NCBI GenBank assembly: GCA_025455685.1
Contig: JALOMB010000001.1
Span: 19,673-83,672, forward strand
Direction of reading: 5' to 3'
Source of the DNA: Chitinophagales bacterium
GTDB lineage: Bacteria; Bacteroidota; Bacteroidia; Chitinophagales; JADJOU01
Length of the DNA: 64,000 bases
Shown here: positions 47,112-57,300 of the stretch, piece after piece
Layout of the letters: the number at the start of each line of letters is the position of its first letter
How positions within the stretch are numbered: the first letter of the stretch is position 1
The notes under the pieces: generated by a model
The model's input: the letters and a program-made list of their open reading frames with translations, nothing else
Told to the model about the DNA's origin: nothing
The model's database searches: none
Program-made: the position numbers and the translations under genes

Positions 47112-48833
47112 TTATTTTTCCAGAATACGTTCAAAGAACTGTTGATAAACTTCACTTTTTTCCAAAAGAACTTCATGAGTGCCTATCGCCTCAATCCTGC
47201 CTTGATTCATGACGACAATTTGATGGGCGTCGACAATAGTGGAAATTCGATGTGCGATTACCAGTGCCGTTTTATCTTTCATGAGCAAACCCATCATTCT
47301 TTGGATTAGGGCTTCGGTATTAGAATCAATAGATGCCGTAGCTTCGTCTAAAACAATAATTTGCTTTTGCTGAAGAATAGCTCGAAATATAGAAATAACT
47401 TGTCTCTGACCAAAGGATAAGCTACCAGAATTGGCAGAAATTTTTTGGGATAAACCATCTTCGAAACCGGATAAGATACCCTGAAGATTCATGGTATTGA
47501 TCATATCTAAAACCCCTTGCTCTGTAATGTTTAGGTTGCCAAACTGTAAGTTTTCTAATATCGTACCAGAGAGTATAAATACATCTTGATTTACTACAGA
47601 AAAAGCCTGACGATAACGATTAAGATGATATTCTTGGATATTTACATCATCTAAGGTAATTCTCCCGTCATAACCATCATACAATCTTAGAATTAAATTA
47701 ATCAAAGTAGTTTTGCCAGATCCAGTATTTCCTACGATTGCGGTAGTTTTGCCACTAGGGATATTTAGCGTGACATTATTTATTATTGGAAACTTATCTT
47801 GATAACAAAAGCTTAAGTTTTCAATTTTGATAGTGCCTTTAATTTCTTTTAACTCAAGACGGTAAGATGTGTCTTCTGTCTTTAATTGAAGCATTTCATA
47901 AATTCTTTCTAGGGCTACTACACTGCTTTGGACGACATTAAATCTATCTGCGATAAATCGAATGGGTCGGTACAACATTTGAATATATAAGACAAATGCA
48001 GAAACTTTGCCGATATCTATAGATTGAAGAGTAGAAGTACGATAGGCAAGCAAGCAAATAAAAAAAATAGTACTTAAGGTCACCGCTATCTCCATCAAAG
48101 GTAAAAACCAAGAAAAAGACTTAATCGTTTTGAAATTAGCATCATAGAAATCTTTAACTAAGTCTTGATGTTTTTGATTTTGGAAATCCTCTGCACGATA
48201 CGCTTTGATGATTTTTAGTCCACGTAAATTTTCTTGGATAAAACCAGCGAGTTCTCCAATGACGCGACGAATGACATGGTTTAACTTTCGATTTTGTTCT
48301 TTGAACACATAGGTCAGTATAATGACAAAAGGTAAAACAAGAAGCGACATCAAAGTTAAGGGAACATCGATGTAAAACATAAAGCCTAAAACGATGAAAA
48401 TTGTCAAAAAATCAGTAATCAACGAAAAAAAAGTATTGGTCAATAAATCATTAATCGTCTCTACATCAGAAATTGTTCTCGTAGCAAGAATACCTACTTT
48501 GGTTTGATCAAAATATCGCTGAGGTAAATGTATAATTTTATCAAAAAGTTCATTTCTCAAATTCATTACGATTTGCTGACTAAATTCAGCGGTATAAAGC
48601 TGAAATTTATAACGAATTGCCGTTTCGAGAATCGTAACCAAAAGAAATAAGCCGATCAAAAGATAAATTACAGTGAATTCAACGGTTTTAACGGTTTCAT
48701 CTAGAATTAACTGAATGATTTTAGGTTTAAGAGGACCGATTATGCTAAAACAAACCGATAAAAAAATGCCTAAATAGATACGCCTACGGTATACGCTAAA
48801 ATAGTAAAAAAAATAACGAAAAGAAGCATTCAT
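47112..48833 (-). CDS. ABC transporter permease/ATP-binding fusion (ABCB-type)
   Basis: 6-TM N-half; Walker A GNTGSGKTT, signature LSFGQRQ, Walker B IVLDEATAS. Confidence 0.85.
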   Translation of the reverse strand: MNASFRYFFYYFSVYRRRIYLGIFLSVCFSIIGPLKPKIIQLILDETVKTVEFTVIYLLIGLFLLVTILETAIRYKFQLYTAEFSQQIVMNLRNELFDKIIHLPQRYFDQTKVGILATRTISDVETINDLLTNTFFSLITDFLTIFIVLGFMFYIDVPLTLMSLLVLPFVIILTYVFKEQNRKLNHVIRRVIGELAGFIQENLRGLKIIKAYRAEDFQNQKHQDLVKDFYDANFKTIKSFSWFLPLMEIAVTLSTIFFICLLAYRTSTLQSIDIGKVSAFVLYIQMLYRPIRFIADRFNVVQSSVVALERIYEMLQLKTEDTSYRLELKEIKGTIKIENLSFCYQDKFPIINNVTLNIPSGKTTAIVGNTGSGKTTLINLILRLYDGYDGRITLDDVNIQEYHLNRYRQAFSVVNQDVFILSGTILENLQFGNLNITEQGVLDMINTMNLQGILSGFEDGLSQKISANSGSLSFGQRQVISIFRAILQQKQIIVLDEATASIDSNTEALIQRMMGLLMKDKTALVIAHRISTIVDAHQIVVMNQGRIEAIGTHEVLLEKSEVYQQFFERILEK

Positions 48834-49594
48834 AAGATACCGAGTTCTTCGGGATATTGAATATTCACAAGATGAAGACCTTGAGGAGCAGCTAAGTAAA
48901 TATGTTTCATTGTGGCTTGTGTATCCATGATCGTTCTCAAATCGTTTATACTAAGGCGGTTGGTGCCGACTAAAAGCATAGAACCCACAATTCGTCGGAC
49001 CATATTATGTAAGAAACGATTCGCTTGAATTTCATATCGATAAGTCGTATCGGTAAGTTGAGTCCACTCACTTTTCATGAGGGTACAATGTGTTTTTGGG
49101 TCATCTTTATTGAGTTTGATCACAGGAAGAAAATGCGTATAGTCTAAGAATAAGCTAGCAGCTTCTCGCATGAGTAAGAAATCTATGGGACGATAAAAAA
49201 ATTCGGTAGAATAGTGTCGAATAAAGGGATTTTTTTGTGTATGAAGAAAATAGTGATAGGTACGTGAAACGGCCTGAAATCGACAATTAACATTTGGATT
49301 GACCTCAAAAATTTTTTCAATAGAAATACTTCGAGGTAAAATAGCGTTGAGTTTCACCAAAAGTTTATCATCTAGCGCTTCGCTATAATCCCAATGAGCA
49401 TAAAACTTATCTGCGTGAACACCGGTATCCGTTCGACCACAACCCACAATATGCTGAGGCTTTCGACAAACGGTTGTTAAGGCAGATTCTATAACTTCTT
49501 GAACAGTATCACAGCTATAAGCTCGTTTTTGAGATTGCCAACCACAGAAATTAGTCCCATCAAAACTAAGCTTAATAAAATATCGTTTCATCAA
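48830..49594 (-). CDS. truA: tRNA pseudouridine(38-40) synthase TruA
   Basis: GCGRTDTGVHA catalytic Asp motif; NMVRRIVG. Confidence 0.9.
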   Translation of the reverse strand: MMKRYFIKLSFDGTNFCGWQSQKRAYSCDTVQEVIESALTTVCRKPQHIVGCGRTDTGVHADKFYAHWDYSEALDDKLLVKLNAILPRSISIEKIFEVNPNVNCRFQAVSRTYHYFLHTQKNPFIRHYSTEFFYRPIDFLLMREAASLFLDYTHFLPVIKLNKDDPKTHCTLMKSEWTQLTDTTYRYEIQANRFLHNMVRRIVGSMLLVGTNRLSINDLRTIMDTQATMKHIYLAAPQGLHLVNIQYPEELGIL

Positions 49595-50565
49595 TCTTCT
49601 TGCTTTATATTATGAATACTTGCTTTGTCATTTACAAGATGAGCAATAACATAAATGATTTTCAAAAAATTTTCATGAGTTAGCTTTAGGTCTATATGAT
49701 CTATATCGTCGAGAGTCGTCATAAAAAGTGAGTCAGAGAGATCAGAGCTCGAAATAGTATGACTAGGGGTATAATACACGGACTCAAAAACCTCGTCGCC
49801 ACGAAGAGAATATACTTGCAAATCATTATCATCAGTATAGTTAGTAAAAACAGGCTTATCAAACAAGGCATTTGAATAAGGAAGAAAGGTACTTTTTTCA
49901 GCATTATTGACTAGCAACATATGCTGTTTATTTTGCCGTCCAAGCATTTCTACGTGCAAAGCTAGCGTAATAGAATAATTTTCTTTTTTCAAGATAGAAG
50001 CCAAGTTGCCAACTCCCATATTTGCGTGATGTTTGGCAGAGGTAAAGGCAAAAATAACGCCTTTTTTAGTTGGTCTTTTATTAAAAAAATTAGCAAGCTG
50101 AAGCACCAAAGCGACACCGGTAGCATTGTCGTTTGCCCCGTTGTAAATAGAGTCATCAGATCCAAAAAGATAGTCAGGGTGAACGCCTAAATAATCATAA
50201 TTGGCATAGACAAGGATATATTCGTCAAGCTCTAAAGGGTCTTTGATCCCTACTATATTTTCGGCATGTATTTGATGATTCACAAAGGTTTTAAAGCGAA
50301 AAGAATTGTTAAAAATCGGTTTTGCCTTAGTAGATTTAAGGGCTTTTTCGATATAAACTATAGTTTTTTGAATTGCCTCAGGATCTTCGAGGGCTCTACC
50401 GCGGAGTTTATCACTAGCCAAAAAATTAAGAATAGAAGAGGTATTTTTCAAAGTAACGCTTTCCGAGACTTCTTTCCATAGGTTAGCATTAAACTGAGCG
50501 TATCCAAAAGCTACCTTAGCCAAAAGACAAAGCATTAAAGGATACCGAAGATACTTATACATCAA
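49591..50565 (-). CDS. M28 family peptidase, secreted
   Basis: Signal peptide; NGANDNATGVALVLQLA zinc-ligand region. Confidence 0.65.
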   Translation of the reverse strand: MMYKYLRYPLMLCLLAKVAFGYAQFNANLWKEVSESVTLKNTSSILNFLASDKLRGRALEDPEAIQKTIVYIEKALKSTKAKPIFNNSFRFKTFVNHQIHAENIVGIKDPLELDEYILVYANYDYLGVHPDYLFGSDDSIYNGANDNATGVALVLQLANFFNKRPTKKGVIFAFTSAKHHANMGVGNLASILKKENYSITLALHVEMLGRQNKQHMLLVNNAEKSTFLPYSNALFDKPVFTNYTDDNDLQVYSLRGDEVFESVYYTPSHTISSSDLSDSLFMTTLDDIDHIDLKLTHENFLKIIYVIAHLVNDKASIHNIKQED

Positions 50566-52324
50566 TTTTATCTTTTAGTTCTTGCATAAAGAAAGGCTCA
50601 CCGGTATTTTTTAAAATAGGAGTAATGGGAAAATCTCCAAAAGATTTTAAATAACGAAAGAGCTGTCCAGAGTTTAACTCAACGAGATAAATTTTGTCAT
50701 ATGTTGCTAAACGAGTTAAGGTATCTGTTGCAAGGGGTTGAATCCATTGTAACACCATCAAATCGACGTATTTGCCTTGAGCTTCTAGTTCTTCTTGAAG
50801 TTTATGACACACGCTAGAATTAGAACCCCATGTTAGCAATAAAGTGGCCGTTTTTTGACTGGAAAAACTAATTTTTTGTGGCGGTATTTGTTTGGCGATA
50901 GCGTTGATTTTATCAGCACGAACACGAGTCATTAATTGATGGTTTTCTGGATCATAAGAAATTTTTCCGGTATAAAAATCTTTTTCAAGGCCACCTAAAA
51001 TTTGAATTCCATTTGGATTTCCTACTTCAACCCAAGGCTTGACGTAGTTTTCATTGCGTTTCATAGAATTGCCTTTTTCAATGGAATAAGTTCTTTTTTG
51101 GATATCCGGGATTTTCCAAGGGCTGGAACTATTTGCTATAGTCGTGTCGGATAGAATAATTATAGGCGTTTGAAATTCGAGCATGATTTTTGTGGCGTCG
51201 AGAATTTGATCATAAGCCGATACTGGGCTTTCGATAGCCATTATAGGCAAAGGGCTCTCACCATGTCTTCCAAATAATGCGAGATTTAAATCAGATTGTT
51301 CTGTTTTGGTGGGCATACCCGTACTAGGACCAGCGCGCATAATATTGAGAATCATTAAAGGAAGCTCAGCCATTACCGCGAGATTAATCATTTCTTGTTT
51401 TAAAGAAATCCCAGGACCAGAGCTCGCAGTAATGCCTACTTCTCCAGCAAAACCAGCACCTAGAGCTATTCCAGCCGCAGCAATCTCGTCTTCGGCCTGA
51501 TGTGCTTGAACGCCTTCAACGTTTTTAGCGATGAGCTCATGCATGATATCAGATGCAGGCGTAATGGGATAACCGGAAAAGACGACCTTGTGACCAAATA
51601 CTTCAGGAATAGACATGATTGCCAGACTAATGGCAGTGTTTCCATTGATATTGCGATATATGCCTTCGAGCAGAGATTTTCCCTGAGTCTTAATAGATAG
51701 AGAAAATTCAACGTGTTCCGCCAAATTAATGCCAATTTGAAAAGCATCAAGACTTGTCTGTGTGAATTTTTTATTTTGAACAAGGGCTTTTTCTAACATG
51801 TTTTGAATATGAACATGCTCTAAATTTAACGATTGAAGCAAAAACCCAAGGAAAAGGAAATTTTTATTGAGCCCTCTTTCTTTGATGTCAATATTTTTTT
51901 GATTTAATATTTCTGAATTTTTTAGCAAATCAAAAGCCTGAATAGCTGTTTTTGGTTGCGTACATCGTTCAAATTCACTTAAATCAATACCAGAGAGTTT
52001 TTGATTTTTATTGTCGAATCCATTTGGGTCGTAGAGAATATGCGTATTAGCTTGAAGTTTATGGCGATATTTATGAAAGGAAGCCAGGTTGAGGCATACA
52101 AATAAATCTAACTCGTCGGCTATAGTATAGTTTTCTTGGGTAGCTATAGAGATTTTAAAAGACGATATACCATCTAAAGTACCAATAGGTGCTCGTATCT
52201 CAGCAGGAAATTCTGGGTAGGTATTGAGATAAAAATGGGACATAGCCACAGAGGTTCCGAAGAGATTACCGAGAAGCTGAATTCCATCGCCAGAGTCGCC
52301 CGCAAATAAAATAGAAATTTCCAT
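50555..52324 (-). CDS. korA: 2-oxoglutarate/2-oxoacid:ferredoxin oxidoreductase subunit alpha (gamma-alpha fused)
   Basis: N-terminal FAGDSGDGIQ (gamma domain), GYPITPASD, GAGFAGE..TASSGPG, collinear with KorA; 589 aa. Confidence 0.8.
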   Translation of the reverse strand: MEISILFAGDSGDGIQLLGNLFGTSVAMSHFYLNTYPEFPAEIRAPIGTLDGISSFKISIATQENYTIADELDLFVCLNLASFHKYRHKLQANTHILYDPNGFDNKNQKLSGIDLSEFERCTQPKTAIQAFDLLKNSEILNQKNIDIKERGLNKNFLFLGFLLQSLNLEHVHIQNMLEKALVQNKKFTQTSLDAFQIGINLAEHVEFSLSIKTQGKSLLEGIYRNINGNTAISLAIMSIPEVFGHKVVFSGYPITPASDIMHELIAKNVEGVQAHQAEDEIAAAGIALGAGFAGEVGITASSGPGISLKQEMINLAVMAELPLMILNIMRAGPSTGMPTKTEQSDLNLALFGRHGESPLPIMAIESPVSAYDQILDATKIMLEFQTPIIILSDTTIANSSSPWKIPDIQKRTYSIEKGNSMKRNENYVKPWVEVGNPNGIQILGGLEKDFYTGKISYDPENHQLMTRVRADKINAIAKQIPPQKISFSSQKTATLLLTWGSNSSVCHKLQEELEAQGKYVDLMVLQWIQPLATDTLTRLATYDKIYLVELNSGQLFRYLKSFGDFPITPILKNTGEPFFMQELKDKIDV

Positions 52325-52325
52325 A

Positions 52326-52763
52326 CTAGAAAATTAGGAGGAAGCCAAAAGAAAGGCTTGCTAATAGGATATAGCCAACAATACCGCTAGCTCCGACATA
52401 ATCTTTGGCGAGACGCTGACCAGCGTAGAGCAATATGAGTAGTTTAAGAAGATACAAATATATCAACAAATAATAAGGCTTAAAAATAGCATACAAGTGA
52501 AAAGCATTGCTAATAAAGAGATACATCATCCCAACAATAACGAATAAAGATAAAACACCAGCGACCCATTCTAATAGCGTTAAAATTCCAAAAACCAAGT
52601 TCATACGAGAAGCTAAAAACGTTTTTGAAAAATGAGCTTGAAGCCAATCGAGATTTCCTTGCTTATTCTTGGTCTTATCCCAAGCAGATTCTAAAAAGGT
52701 AATCGCAAAAAAAAGAGAAATTAAAATAAAAAAAAGTAAGAAAAAAAAATTCAGGTCCATCAT
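52326..52763 (-). CDS. DoxX-like small membrane protein
   Basis: Four hydrophobic segments in 145 aa; 1 nt upstream of korA; family call by topology only. Confidence 0.4.
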   Translation of the reverse strand: MMDLNFFFLLFFILISLFFAITFLESAWDKTKNKQGNLDWLQAHFSKTFLASRMNLVFGILTLLEWVAGVLSLFVIVGMMYLFISNAFHLYAIFKPYYLLIYLYLLKLLILLYAGQRLAKDYVGASGIVGYILLASLSFGFLLIF

Positions 52764-52768
52764 AAGTA

Positions 52769-54418
52769 TTATTTTAGTATTTTTTTATATTCCGCTGAAT
52801 TATTGAGCAGTTTAGTGGCTTCTTGGATATCTTTATCAAATTGAAAACTGTTTTCGATGACACCACTTTGATAAAAGTATTTTTCGACGATTTTAAATTG
52901 AATAAGCTCCATAATCGAAGTTTTTAACTTTTCGAACTCTTTTAAACGAATAGATTTTAATTTAGATTCTAGCATTTCAATATCTTCTTTGACTTCTGAG
53001 CTGTTTTCTTCCTCTGCTGTTTTCTTGAGTGCTTCTATTTGTTTTTCTACAGGCGTTTGATATTTGAAGTCGGAATGTGCCTTAGCAAAGCTGACAAAAT
53101 TAGCATATTCGTTTTCTTTAAATTGATAAGATTTAGCATTTAGCGGTTTAGGATTATTGATGACATATCGAATAGCATAATCATCAATGATACCTTTTCC
53201 AATAAGCTCTAACTCCAAAGATTTAATATATTCAGGCTTGGTTTTGATATCTGGTTCTATACCGCCACCGTCATATACCTTCCTTTTATTGACTGTAAAA
53301 AATTCTTTTTTGAGGGAATCAGGAACTTTTTTCACGGAGCCATCAGGATTTTTTTCTGCGTAGTTTATAGCCTGAATACAACGTCCAGAAGGAATATAAT
53401 ATTTGGCAGTAGTGAGCTTGAGCGTTGTGTTAAAAGGAAGAGATTTAGTGGTTTGTACGAGACCTTTTCCGAAGGTTCTACCACCAAGCACTACAGCTCT
53501 ATCATAATCTTGGAGAGCGCCAGAGACGATCTCGCTTGCGGAAGCAGAGCTACCGTTGACCAAAACGACGATAGGGATGTTTAAATCCTCAGGATTATTA
53601 GAAGTAATATGCTCTTTTTGCATTTCTTTTATTTTACCCTTAGTGCTTACGACAATTTGACCACGAGGTAAAAATAAATTGCAGATATCTACGGCTTCAT
53701 TTAGAAGACCACCAGGATTGCCTCTAAGGTCTAAAATCAACGATTTAACTTCATTTTTAGCTTTGAGCTCGACCAAAGCGTTTTTCACATCTTTAGAAGC
53801 ATTTTCCATAAAATTAGTGAGTTTAATATAACCTATACCATCAGAAGCCATACCGTAATAAGGAACATTTTTTAGAACTACTTCTTTTCTCGTAATTTTA
53901 AAATTCATTCTTTTATAAGAGTTGTCTTTTTGAAGGCGGTCAATGCTTATCTGAAAAGTAGTCCCAGCGGTACCTTTGAGGAGTTTAGTTACTTGATCCG
54001 TTGTTTTGTCTTTCATTGATTTACCGTCTATTTCTATAATTCTATCACCGGATTTTAAACCCGCTATATCTGCAGGCATGCCTTCATAAGGCTCTAGAAT
54101 TATAACATAGTCATCTCTTTTGCTAATAATAGCACCGATACCACCATATTTACCAGTAGTTTGAATCAAAAAATCCTCTCGCTCAGATTCACTATAAAAT
54201 TCCGTATAAGGATCGAGGTCAGTAAGCATGGCATCAATAGCTTTGCGCATAGATTTGGTAGCTTCAATATTTTCTACATAGCTCATATTGATCTCACGAA
54301 ACATGGCGATGAAAATTTCGACATTTTTTGAAATTTCAAAAAAATCCACATTACCAGAAGATACAGAGAAGAATCCCAGAGAAGCGATGAGCACGATAGA
54401 AGTCAAAATTTTTCTCAT
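52769..54418 (-). CDS. S41 family carboxy-terminal processing peptidase (PDZ-containing)
   Basis: PDZ segment GLKSGDRIIEIDG; catalytic NGSSASASEI (Ser) and TFGKGLVQ (Lys). Confidence 0.85.
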   Translation of the reverse strand: MRKILTSIVLIASLGFFSVSSGNVDFFEISKNVEIFIAMFREINMSYVENIEATKSMRKAIDAMLTDLDPYTEFYSESEREDFLIQTTGKYGGIGAIISKRDDYVIILEPYEGMPADIAGLKSGDRIIEIDGKSMKDKTTDQVTKLLKGTAGTTFQISIDRLQKDNSYKRMNFKITRKEVVLKNVPYYGMASDGIGYIKLTNFMENASKDVKNALVELKAKNEVKSLILDLRGNPGGLLNEAVDICNLFLPRGQIVVSTKGKIKEMQKEHITSNNPEDLNIPIVVLVNGSSASASEIVSGALQDYDRAVVLGGRTFGKGLVQTTKSLPFNTTLKLTTAKYYIPSGRCIQAINYAEKNPDGSVKKVPDSLKKEFFTVNKRKVYDGGGIEPDIKTKPEYIKSLELELIGKGIIDDYAIRYVINNPKPLNAKSYQFKENEYANFVSFAKAHSDFKYQTPVEKQIEALKKTAEEENSSEVKEDIEMLESKLKSIRLKEFEKLKTSIMELIQFKIVEKYFYQSGVIENSFQFDKDIQEATKLLNNSAEYKKILK

Positions 54419-54436
54419 AAATTGTCGATTTCTTTT

Positions 54437-54444
54437 TATCTTTG
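54437..54444 (+). promoter_or_regulatory. -7 box TATCTTTG, candidate uppS promoter
   Basis: TAnnTTTG match 68 nt upstream of the ATG at 54512; faces the opposite box at 54457..54464. Confidence 0.35.
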
Positions 54445-54456
54445 TTGATTAATTGA

Positions 54457-54464
54457 CAAAGTTA
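54457..54464 (-). promoter_or_regulatory. -7 box (TAACTTTG on minus strand), candidate S41 peptidase promoter
   Basis: Plus strand CAAAGTTA; 39 nt upstream of the ATG at 54418. Confidence 0.35.
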
Positions 54465-54511
54465 ATATATTATTTTTTAGAATACTAGAGATTTAAATAT
54501 TTTTATAAGAA

Positions 54512-55225
54512 ATGCAGGATAAAAAAGTCAATCATATAGCTATAATAATGGATGGAAATGGTAGGTGGGCGAGCAACCAAAACCAAGAAAGAACATATGG
54601 TCACAAATATGGCGTTCAAGCCGTTAAGGAAGCCATTAAAGGCAGTATAGAAAATGAGGTACGCTATCTGACCCTGTATGCTTTTTCTACAGAAAATTGG
54701 AAAAGACCTCAGGAAGAAGTAGATTTCCTCATGAATCTCCTAGTAGAAGCCATAAATCAAGAGCTTGAAGAGCTTCATGCCAACAATGTAAAAGTACACA
54801 CAATAGGAAAAATAGAAGCACTATCTCCCTTAAGTCAGCAACATATAGCTTTAGCAAAAGAAAAGACCAAAGAAAACACAAAACTCAATTTAATTTTAGC
54901 CTTAAATTATGGCAGTAGAGATGAACTCGTGGAAGCTGCCAAAAAATTTGCACAAGACTGTGAAATGGGTATGATGAAATCGTCAGATTTAGACGAGTCG
55001 AAGCTAGAAAGATATTTATACACCGCTGAGTTTCCAGATCCAGATATTTTAATCAGAACGTCAAATGAAAAAAGAATATCCAATTTTTTGCTGTGGCAAA
55101 TTTCTTATACAGAGCTTATTTTTATAGAAAAACTTTGGCCGGAATTCACCAAATCTGACATAAAAGAGGCTATATTAGAATTTCAAATGAGACATAGAAG
55201 ATTTGGCGGGATAAAATCAATCTAA
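54512..55225 (+). CDS. uppS: isoprenyl transferase (undecaprenyl-diphosphate synthase)
   Basis: HIAIIMDGNGRWA, FSTENWKRP, RTSNEKRISNFLLWQ. Confidence 0.9.
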   Translation: MQDKKVNHIAIIMDGNGRWASNQNQERTYGHKYGVQAVKEAIKGSIENEVRYLTLYAFSTENWKRPQEEVDFLMNLLVEAINQELEELHANNVKVHTIGKIEALSPLSQQHIALAKEKTKENTKLNLILALNYGSRDELVEAAKKFAQDCEMGMMKSSDLDESKLERYLYTAEFPDPDILIRTSNEKRISNFLLWQISYTELIFIEKLWPEFTKSDIKEAILEFQMRHRRFGGIKSI

Positions 55226-56095
55226 ATCACGAATCCAAGCACAATAGCCTAAGGCTAAATTAAAATTATCATAAGTAAGATATTGTTCGGAGCAAGTAGA
55301 TGAATCGCTAAAAAGACCTAGGTGACGAAGTAAGGTCTCGAAATTTTTCATGGATAAATGATTCGCATAGAGATTGATAAGGACGACCCCATTTGAGGTC
55401 AATAATTTTTTGACTGAGCTGAGTAAGTCGAACAAATTGTCTTCTAGAACCCATTTTTCCCCTTTAGGACCGCGACCGTAACTCGGAGGGTCTAAAATGA
55501 TTAGATCATAGGAATTCTGACGATTGACTTCTTTTTGAACGAATTTAGGCGCATCTTCAATCACCCAAGAAATTGTATTGGGCAAACCACTTAGGACACG
55601 ATTATAGTTTGCCCAGGTTACGACTTGCTTTACAGAATCGACATGGGTTACTTTAGCGCCAGCGGCACAAGCCACCAATGAAGCCAAGCCAGTATAGCCA
55701 AATAAATTTAAGACTTTATAGGAATCCTTAGATTTTTTTTGTTCTATAATTAGCGCATGAATTTGGTTCCAGTTGTCGTATTGTTCAGGAAAAATCCCAA
55801 CATGTTTAAAGGAAGTCAGCGCAAGTTTTGCTTTGATTTCAAAACCAGAATAGCGACCAATTTCCATTTCCCATGAATCTAGAAGTTTATTTTTCTTTTC
55901 CCAATTCCCAGAGTCTTCTTTGTTAGAAAGCACACCTAGACTTTTTCTTTGGAAAAAAGCATCGCTCAATCGTTTAAAATCGTCTATTTCGTACTGATAA
56001 GACCACCAAGCCTGAGGCTCAGGCCGTGCTATCGTATAGCTGCCGAAACGCTCTAATTTATAGCCTTGAGCGACATGAAGCAGTTGATAGTCCAT
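55217..56095 (-). CDS. class I SAM-dependent methyltransferase (RlmI/RlmK-like large-subunit rRNA methyltransferase core)
   Basis: LNLFGYTGLASLVAC (SAM), IILDPPSYGRG (DPP motif). Confidence 0.65.
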   Translation of the reverse strand: MDYQLLHVAQGYKLERFGSYTIARPEPQAWWSYQYEIDDFKRLSDAFFQRKSLGVLSNKEDSGNWEKKNKLLDSWEMEIGRYSGFEIKAKLALTSFKHVGIFPEQYDNWNQIHALIIEQKKSKDSYKVLNLFGYTGLASLVACAAGAKVTHVDSVKQVVTWANYNRVLSGLPNTISWVIEDAPKFVQKEVNRQNSYDLIILDPPSYGRGPKGEKWVLEDNLFDLLSSVKKLLTSNGVVLINLYANHLSMKNFETLLRHLGLFSDSSTCSEQYLTYDNFNLALGYCAWIRDLD

Positions 56096-57183
56096 TATTT
56101 AAAAGCCCAATCAAATTGGTCTAAATTTAATAAGCAGTGCTTAAGCAGCTCGATAGAACCTAAAATATCTTCTTTATGAGACATTTCCACGACTTGATGA
56201 ATATGTCTGGTAGGAATAGAAATAGCGCCAACTATGGCACCGTTTTTAGCCATTTTTTGCATGGCAGCAGCGTCTGTAGCACCTCCAGTTAGAATTTCGG
56301 TTTGATAAGTAATTTTTTGGTCTTTACAAATTTGTTTCATGTATTCGACCATACGATAATCGCTGATTATAGAGGTATCCATAATTTTAATAGCAGTTCC
56401 TTTTCCAAGGGCTGTAATTTTGTTGTGTTCGCTGCTTCCAGGAACATCATAAGCGATTGTAGTATCGAGACAAATCCCAAAGTCCGGATCGAGGTAATGT
56501 GCAGCTGTATTCGCGCCACGAAGTCCTACTTCTTCTTGTACGGAAAAGACAGCGTAAAAATCAAACGGAAGTTTTTTTCCTTTGAGTTGGCGCATCGCTT
56601 CGAGCAGAATATACACTGAAATTCTATTGTCTAGAGATTTACCATTGACACAGTCACCCATTTCGATAAGGCTACGTTCTCTCGTAATTGGATTACCGAC
56701 TTCGACATATTTGTGGACTTCTTCAGCACGCATGCCTAAATCGATAAAGTAGTCTGTGATTTGTGGCACTTTGGTTCGCTCTTCAGGAGTCATTACATGA
56801 ATTGGCTTAGAGCCCATTACGCCAATTAAAGTCTTTTGTTTGGTATGAATGAGAACTCTTTGAGCCGTGAGGGTTTTAGGGTCAAATCCACCTAAGGTGT
56901 GAAATCGTAAAAATCCGTTGGTATCGATATGTGTGACGATGAAGCCGATTTCATCCATGTGGGCAGGAACCATGACTTTTTGGCTGCTGTCTTTTCCTTT
57001 GATGAGGCATACGACATTGCCCATAGGATCGACAGAGATTTCATCGCTGTATGGAGTAGCTTCTTTAAGGATGACTTCGCGAATTTTTTGCTCAAACCCA
57101 GATACGCCAGGCGTTTCAGAGATAAGCGCGAGGAGCTTCATGTCTAAAGTATTGGCGGAGGTTTTTTTGGTAGCTTTGGCCAT
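56095..57183 (-). CDS. M42 family metallopeptidase (glutamyl aminopeptidase/FrvX-like)
   Basis: PGVSGFE, HMDEIGF, SLDNR, QEEVGLRG. Start moved to the ATG at 57183, since the -7 box at 57207..57214 lies inside the listed N-terminal extension. Confidence 0.8.
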   Translation of the reverse strand: MAKATKKTSANTLDMKLLALISETPGVSGFEQKIREVILKEATPYSDEISVDPMGNVVCLIKGKDSSQKVMVPAHMDEIGFIVTHIDTNGFLRFHTLGGFDPKTLTAQRVLIHTKQKTLIGVMGSKPIHVMTPEERTKVPQITDYFIDLGMRAEEVHKYVEVGNPITRERSLIEMGDCVNGKSLDNRISVYILLEAMRQLKGKKLPFDFYAVFSVQEEVGLRGANTAAHYLDPDFGICLDTTIAYDVPGSSEHNKITALGKGTAIKIMDTSIISDYRMVEYMKQICKDQKITYQTEILTGGATDAAAMQKMAKNGAIVGAISIPTRHIHQVVEMSHKEDILGSIELLKHCLLNLDQFDWAFK

Positions 57184-57206
57184 ATGGTAATTTTTTTTTG
57201 TAAATA

Positions 57207-57214
57207 CAAAGTTA
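57207..57214 (-). promoter_or_regulatory. -7 box (TAACTTTG on minus strand) for M42 peptidase
   Basis: Plus strand CAAAGTTA; 24 nt upstream of the ATG at 57183. Confidence 0.4.
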
Positions 57215-57300
57215 GTCAATTTTTTTTATTTTAAAATAAAACGAATTGAAAATACGCCCAACGAATAGTAAGTAAAAAATAAGAATAAAACCCAAACAAA

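Noticed and set aside
51306-51783. Three nested ORFs (64-105 aa, both strands) inside korA
   Set aside because: They are fully contained in a strongly supported, motif-bearing 589-aa gene, and their products are compositionally odd. I judge them spurious.
56302-57190. Several 67-105-aa ORFs overlapping the M42 peptidase gene, antisense or out of frame
   Set aside because: They are embedded in a well-supported gene with conserved metallopeptidase motifs. There is no independent signal for them.
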